The notes below the pieces were generated by a model. The model did not search any database and was not told the origin of the DNA. It saw nothing but the letters and a program-made list of their open reading frames with translations. Shown here piece by piece: positions 58,836 to 64,000 of a stretch of DNA of 64,000 bases. The DNA comes from an uncultured Actinomycetes bacterium (GTDB lineage: Bacteria; Actinomycetota; Thermoleophilia; UBA2241). Position numbers and translations under genes: made by a program. Positions within the stretch are counted from its first letter, which is position 1. Every line of letters starts with the position of its first letter. The stretch spans positions 64,001-128,000 of the forward strand of contig CAVRZA010000002.1 of NCBI GenBank assembly GCA_963725665.1, in the 5' to 3' direction.

Positions 58836-59678
58836 ATGCTCTACGTCTGCGCCACGCCGATCGGCAACCTCGGGGATGTCACCCTGCGCGTGCTCGACAC
58901 GCTGCGCGCCGTCGAGCTCATCGCCGCCGAGGACACGAGGCACACGCGCAAGCTCCTCGCACGCTACGACATCCACACTCCGCTGACGAGCCTCTTCGAG
59001 CACAACGAGGCGCGCAAGACCACCTATGTGCTCGGACTTCTGCGCGACGGGAAGGACGTGGCCCTCGTCACCGACGCCGGCACGCCCGGCGTCTCAGACC
59101 CCGGCTCGCGGCTCGTTGCGGCTGCGCTGCGGGAGGGTCTGCCGCTCACGGTTGTCCCGGGTGCTTCGGCTGTCGCCACGGCGGTCGCGGCGTCTGGCCT
59201 CGTGAGGGAAGACGGCTTCCGCTTCGTCGGCTACCTGCCGCGGCGCGCGACGGAGTTGCGCGCCGCGGCAGGTAGCTGGGTCGCCGACGGGGGCGTCGTC
59301 GTGGCTTTCGAGACGCCGCGGCGTCTGGCGCGCAGCTTGGCCGAGCTCGCGGCGGTCGCCCCCGATGTCGCGGGGGCGGTGTGCCGCGAGCTTACGAAGC
59401 TGCACGAGGAGGTCGTGCTGGGCACGCTCGTGGAGCTCGCCGAGCGCTTTGCCGCCGGTGCGCGGGGCGAGATAACGCTGGTGCTCGACCTCGGGCCGGG
59501 TGCGCGCCGGGCGCGGGGTGCCGTGCGGCTCGAGAGCGGCGAGGCGAGCGCCGCAGCCGCGTCGCTTCTCGCCAAAGGGCTTTCGCCGCGCGATGCGGCC
59601 ACGGCGCTCGCCGTCTGTCTCGGGCTCTCGCGTAACGAGGCCCACCGTCTGGTCGGGGAGTCGTCGCGGCCGAGATGA
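58836..59678 (+). CDS. rsmI: 16S rRNA (C1402) 2'-O-methyltransferase
   Basis: LYVCATPIGNLGD, AEDTR, DAGTPGVSDPG, RELTKLHEE. Confidence 0.95.
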   Translation: MLYVCATPIGNLGDVTLRVLDTLRAVELIAAEDTRHTRKLLARYDIHTPLTSLFEHNEARKTTYVLGLLRDGKDVALVTDAGTPGVSDPGSRLVAAALREGLPLTVVPGASAVATAVAASGLVREDGFRFVGYLPRRATELRAAAGSWVADGGVVVAFETPRRLARSLAELAAVAPDVAGAVCRELTKLHEEVVLGTLVELAERFAAGARGEITLVLDLGPGARRARGAVRLESGEASAAAASLLAKGLSPRDAATALAVCLGLSRNEAHRLVGESSRPR

Positions 59679-60349
59679 GCGGGTACGACCCAGCCGGAGC
59701 AGACAGGTCACCCGAAGGCGCGGGAGTGGACAGGGGCGCGGGAGCAGACACGCCAACGAGAGCGGGCGGGCTACCCACGGGCGAGGTAGACGGCCCACCC
59801 GCGGGCCCCGCGGTCACGCCGCCTGTGGGGGCTGCGAGCGGCCGCGCGCGAGGTCGTATCGCGCGGCCACTCCTCGTCGTCTGCCTGCTGGCGCTCGCCG
59901 TGGTCGCCAGCGGTGCGGCGTTGTTCCGGTCGGCCCCGGATGCGCGCTGGTACTACGCTGCGAACACGGGAGTCCTGCTGCGCCTGCAGCCGCTTCCCGA
60001 CGCGAGGCAGGTCGCGCTGAACTCGTTCCGCCACGCCGACCCTCGCAGCGACGCGCCGGTGTTCAAGGTCACCTGGTACACGACGCGAGTCGCATACGCG
60101 GTCCCACGCGGCACCTCTGCGGGAGCGATCGTGAGCTTCTATCGCTTCCAGCTCGAGCCCCTGTGGACGTGCCGGACTCTGAGCCAGGACGTCGTGCAGG
60201 GCGACAAGACTGTGGCCCAGATGCCGGGTCTGCAGGCGTCGCAGGGCGATATGTTCGTCACCGTCCTGACGTCGAGCATGATGGGCGCCAACGGGCAGCA
60301 ACGCGCGCACCCGCGCTACACGGTGCAGGTGGACTACCGCGTGGAGTGA
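59675..60349 (+). CDS. Hypothetical single-TM membrane protein
   Basis: ATGA overlap with the rsmI stop, host-like codons, disordered N-terminus then TM. Confidence 0.7.
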   Translation: MSGYDPAGADRSPEGAGVDRGAGADTPTRAGGLPTGEVDGPPAGPAVTPPVGAASGRARGRIARPLLVVCLLALAVVASGAALFRSAPDARWYYAANTGVLLRLQPLPDARQVALNSFRHADPRSDAPVFKVTWYTTRVAYAVPRGTSAGAIVSFYRFQLEPLWTCRTLSQDVVQGDKTVAQMPGLQASQGDMFVTVLTSSMMGANGQQRAHPRYTVQVDYRVE

Positions 60350-60410
60350 GAGACGGTGCCAGCGCCACCGGGTAGACTAGCGACGTGAGCGGCGTGCGAA
60401 GGGAGGCAGG

Positions 60411-61292
60411 ATGGACTTCCTGACGACTCTGCACGAGCGTACGCTCGTGCTCGACGGGGCCATGGGCAGCGAGCTGCTGACCCGCGGCTTCAGCACGCGC
60501 GAGTGTCCGGAGCTCTGGAACGTCTCGAACCCCGACGTCGTCGCCGACATCCATCGCGGCTACTTCGCCGCCGGCTCCGACGTCGTGCACACCAACACCT
60601 TCGGCGGCAGCCGGCCCAAGCTGGCGGCGTATCACTGCCAAGAGCGCACGCAGGAGCTCAACGAAGCCGGCGCCCGCCTAGCGGTCGCAGTACGCGACGA
60701 GGCGGCGCCGGGACGCTTCGTGGCCGGTGACGTCGGCTCCGCGGGAAGGCTCCTCAGACCGATGGGCGACATGGACCCGCGCGAGCTGGAGGAGGTCTTC
60801 GTCGAGCAGATCGAGGCGCTGGCGCGGGGCGGCGTCGATCTCGTGAGCATCGAGACCATGTTCGACCTCGAAGAGGCGCGCCTGGCCGTCAAGGCCGCCC
60901 GTGAGGTCAGCCGTCTGCCCGTCTCTGCCGCGATGACGTTCAACCGCACGCCCAAGGGCTACCGCACCATGATGGGTGTCACGACTCAGCAGGCCGTGGA
61001 GAGTCTGCTCTCCGAGGGCGCCGACGTCGTGGGCTGCAACTGCACGCTGACCGCCGATGACATGATCGAGCTGGTCGGCGACCTGCGCCGGGCGACGGAC
61101 GGCCCGCTGCTCGCTGAGCCCAACGCCGGGCAACCACGTCTGCAGAACGGCCACACGATCTATGAGGAGACGGCGGAGCACTTCGCCGAGGGAGCGGTCG
61201 AGATCGTCGCCCAGGGCGCCGACCTGATCGGGGGCTGCTGCGGCACGAACGCGACCTTCATCGCCACGCTCGTGGCGAGCCTGGGTCGCTAG
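60411..61292 (+). CDS. Stand-alone homocysteine S-methyltransferase-domain protein (MetH N-terminal module)
   Basis: LDGAMGS, TNTFG, IETMFD, GCNC, PNAG, GGCCGT. Confidence 0.92.
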   Translation: MDFLTTLHERTLVLDGAMGSELLTRGFSTRECPELWNVSNPDVVADIHRGYFAAGSDVVHTNTFGGSRPKLAAYHCQERTQELNEAGARLAVAVRDEAAPGRFVAGDVGSAGRLLRPMGDMDPRELEEVFVEQIEALARGGVDLVSIETMFDLEEARLAVKAAREVSRLPVSAAMTFNRTPKGYRTMMGVTTQQAVESLLSEGADVVGCNCTLTADDMIELVGDLRRATDGPLLAEPNAGQPRLQNGHTIYEETAEHFAEGAVEIVAQGADLIGGCCGTNATFIATLVASLGR

Positions 61293-62242
61293 GCGCTGTC
61301 CGAACGAGGTGCGAGCGCGGCGCCGAGCGTGTCGAGCGCGAGACGCACGGCATGCAGCGCCGTTAGCTGCGCCGGGTCGTAGAGCGGGTCCACTTCGACG
61401 ACGTCCATGCCGATCAACCGCCCTCGCCGCGCCACCGCGCGCAACAGCGCCTTGGCCTCGTAGTAGGTGAGACCACCCGGCTCGGGCGTGCCGGTGCCCG
61501 GCGCGATGGCCGGGTCGAGCGCGTCGATGTCGAGCGTGACGTACACCGGTTCTCCCGGCTCGATGTGCGCCACGAGCTCCTCGACGGGCGTCCTCTTGAC
61601 CTCCTCGGCCCAGCGGATCGTCACGCCGCGGCTGCGCGCCAGCTCGATGTTGTCGGCAGGCGTGTGCAGGCCGCGGATGCCGAACTGGGTCACGCCGGCC
61701 ACCAAAGCGGCCTCGTGGGAGCGGATGATGGGGCTGGCGTGCGTCGTCGTGACCCCGCCCTCTTCCTCCCAGTAGTCCATGTGCGTGTCGAGCTGCACCA
61801 GGTGGGGTCGACGGCCGGCGAAACCCTGCAGCACCGGGTAGGTGATGGAGTGGTCGCCGCCGAGGACGAGGGGGAGGAGGCCGGCCTCGAGCAGGGCGGC
61901 GACGCGCGCTGCAACGATCGGGTGGTTGCGCTCAGCCGGCGCCATGGTCGGCAGTCCTATGTCGCCGACATCGACGAAGCGAACGCCGCCTAGGACCTCG
62001 GTCTTGGCCTCGCCGTCGTAGTAGGGCTCGTCGCCGCTGCGGTAGGCGTAGAAGAGCGAGACCTCACGCATGGCGCGAGGGCCATAGCGAGCACCGGGAC
62101 GGTTCGTGACTCCCTCGTCGAAAGGGATGCCCAGCACGGCGACCTGGCCGTCGGCCGTTGTCGGCTCGGGCACATACGGAGCTCCCAAGAACGTCGGGAT
62201 GCCGCTGTAAGGAATGGCTGGGTGCTCCCGGCGCTCGCCCAT
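61289..62242 (-). CDS. Ureohydrolase (agmatinase-family) protein
   Basis: RPGARYGP, GGDHSIT, DTHMD, DIDALDP..APGTGTPEPGG; -10 TATGCT 6 nt before ATG 62242. Confidence 0.9.
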   Translation of the reverse strand: MGERREHPAIPYSGIPTFLGAPYVPEPTTADGQVAVLGIPFDEGVTNRPGARYGPRAMREVSLFYAYRSGDEPYYDGEAKTEVLGGVRFVDVGDIGLPTMAPAERNHPIVAARVAALLEAGLLPLVLGGDHSITYPVLQGFAGRRPHLVQLDTHMDYWEEEGGVTTTHASPIIRSHEAALVAGVTQFGIRGLHTPADNIELARSRGVTIRWAEEVKRTPVEELVAHIEPGEPVYVTLDIDALDPAIAPGTGTPEPGGLTYYEAKALLRAVARRGRLIGMDVVEVDPLYDPAQLTALHAVRLALDTLGAALAPRSDSA

Positions 62243-62308
62243 GGAGCGAGCATACACGAACGATGCCGGTGGTAGGATAGCCCCTCGACACCGCGCGAGG
62301 AGGCTCCC

Positions 62309-62881
62309 ATGAAGATCCAGCGTCGCCCGTCGACGTTCGTGCTGCCGGTGCCGGCTGCGCTCATCACGGTCGCGACGCCGGAAGGTCCGGGCAACATCAT
62401 CACGTTGGCCTGGGTCGGCGCGGTATGCTCGGCGCCGCCCATGCTGAGCATCTCGGTGCGCCCCTCGCGCTACTCCTACGAGCTGCTAAGACGCTCGAAC
62501 GAGTTCGTGGTCAACATTCCACGGGCCGATCAGGTGGAGCTGGTCGACCTGTGCGGGATCGTCTCGGGAATGGATACCGACAAGTTCGCGCTCACCGGCT
62601 TCCACCCCGCCAAGGCGGCGAACGTGGCGGCCCCGCTGATCGAGGAATGTCCCATCAACCTCGAGTGCGTCACGCGTCACAGGCTCTCGCTCGGCGTGCA
62701 CGACCTCTTCATCGGCGAGATCGTGGCGGCGCACTTCAACGAAGACGTCATCGACGGGCGCGGGCGGCTCGACAAGTCGCGCCTCGACCCGCTGGCGTAC
62801 GTGGACGGCGAGTACTGGAGCCTCAGGGAGAAAGTGGGGAGCTACGGGTTCGCCAAGAAGCGTCTCCAGGGCAAGAAGTAG
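62309..62881 (+). CDS. Flavin reductase-like (flavoredoxin/DIM6-NTAB) protein
   Basis: NIITLAW, EFVVNIP, APLIEECPINLEC, HDLFIGEI. Confidence 0.9.
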   Translation: MKIQRRPSTFVLPVPAALITVATPEGPGNIITLAWVGAVCSAPPMLSISVRPSRYSYELLRRSNEFVVNIPRADQVELVDLCGIVSGMDTDKFALTGFHPAKAANVAAPLIEECPINLECVTRHRLSLGVHDLFIGEIVAAHFNEDVIDGRGRLDKSRLDPLAYVDGEYWSLREKVGSYGFAKKRLQGKK

Positions 62882-62908
62882 GACGACCACCCGGACGCGA
62901 AGGGAACG

Positions 62909-64000
62909 ATGCGCTTCTACATCACGACGCCGATCTACTACGTCAACGCCGAGCCGCATCTTGGCCACGCCTACACGACGATAGCCACCGATGTGCTGGC
63001 CCGTTACCACCGGGCCAAAGGCGACGACGTCTTCTTCCTGACCGGTGTCGACGAGCACGGCTCGAAGATCGCCCAGGCGGCCCAGGAGCGCGGGCTCTCG
63101 CCGCGCGAGCACGTCGACCGCCTGGCGCCGCGCTTCCGCGAGCTCGTCGGCCAGCTCGACGCGACGGCCGATTTCTTCATGCGCACGACCGACCCCGAGC
63201 ACGAGGCCTTCGTGCAGCGCTTCGTCGAACGGATGCGCGACGCGGGCGACATCGAGAAACGCACCTACGGCGGCCTCTACTGCCAGGCGTGCGAGGGGTT
63301 CTACTACGAGCGCGACCTGGTCGACGGCAGGTGTCCGATCCACGGTACGGAGCCGGTGTGGCTGGAGGAGGAGAACTACTACTTCAAGCTGTCCTCCTAT
63401 CAGGACCGGCTCGCCGACTGGTATCGCACGCATCCGGGCTGGGTGCGGCCGCGGTCGCGCTATAACGAGGCGCTCTCGTTCATCGAGCAAGGGCTCGAGG
63501 ACATCTCGATCAGCCGCGAGTCGATCACCTGGGGCATCCCCGTGCCGTGGGACGAGAAGCAGGTCATCTACGTCTGGGTCGACGCCCTCATCAACTACCT
63601 TTCGGCACTCACCTACGCCGTGCCGGGAGAGGACCTGGCCGTCGTCTACTGGCCGGCGCAGGTGCACATGATGTCGAAGGACATCCTCAAGTTCCACGCC
63701 GTCATCTGGCCCGCGTTGCTCATGAGCGCAGGGTACGAGCTGCCCGAGGGGGAGTTCATCCACGGCTATCTCCTCTTCGGCGGCGAGAAGATGAGCAAGA
63801 CGCGCGGCAACGTTCTCGATCCGTTCGCCGTCATCGAGCAGTACGGCGTCGACCCGCTGCGCTACTACCTTCTGCGCGAGGTCACCTTCGGGCTCGATGG
63901 CGACATCAGCCTGAACGGGTTCGAGAGCCGCTACAACACGGAGCTCGCCAACGAGCTGGGCAACCTCGTCAGCCGCACGGTGTCGATGGTGGGCAAGTAC
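62909..64000 (+). CDS. metG: Methionyl-tRNA synthetase (runs off the window end)
   Basis: Manual translation MRFYITTPIYYVNAEPHLGHAYTT (HIGH), YVWVDALINY, KMSKT. Confidence 0.97.
   Translation, partial: MRFYITTPIYYVNAEPHLGHAYTTIATDVLARYHRAKGDDVFFLTGVDEHGSKIAQAAQERGLSPREHVDRLAPRFRELVGQLDATADFFMRTTDPEHEAFVQRFVERMRDAGDIEKRTYGGLYCQACEGFYYERDLVDGRCPIHGTEPVWLEEENYYFKLSSYQDRLADWYRTHPGWVRPRSRYNEALSFIEQGLEDISISRESITWGIPVPWDEKQVIYVWVDALINYLSALTYAVPGEDLAVVYWPAQVHMMSKDILKFHAVIWPALLMSAGYELPEGEFIHGYLLFGGEKMSKTRGNVLDPFAVIEQYGVDPLRYYLLREVTFGLDGDISLNGFESRYNTELANELGNLVSRTVSMVGKY

Overview
High-GC bacterial chromosome segment, most consistent with Actinomycetota. A deep-branching class such as Thermoleophilia is inferred from the RpoB/RpoC sequence style, HTH-bearing BirA, a Firmicutes-like ECF locus and a clostridial-type ferredoxin. 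About 36 kb (18.4-54.4 kb) is the conserved translation/transcription supercluster: rpmG, tRNA-Trp, secE, nusG, rplKAJL, rpoBC, the str, S10, spc and alpha operons, ecfA1A2T and truA. The left 18 kb is accessory: MFS exporter, membrane HD-GYP protein, bioY/birA, MalT-like STAND-LuxR regulator, VanW, SLOG, two GNATs, a frameshifted DUF1998 helicase, CAP, M23-like, MTAP and CPBP genes. The right 10 kb holds mixed housekeeping genes ending in a partial metG. The best candidate for an undescribed system is at 1.4-3.3 kb. Two small ORFs too short for the ORF track, MRRENVRLH and MRKIETVLASILMALVSSGGSARLH, both end in RLH encoded by different codons. They lie directly upstream of a multi-TM HD-GYP phosphodiesterase that has its own sigma28-type promoter, which suggests peptide signalling wired to cyclic-dinucleotide turnover. 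Other oddities: very long low-complexity N-terminal extensions on uL4 and uS17, a Cys4 insert in EF-Tu, and an internal duplication in RpoC. All calls are by eye and no database searches were run.
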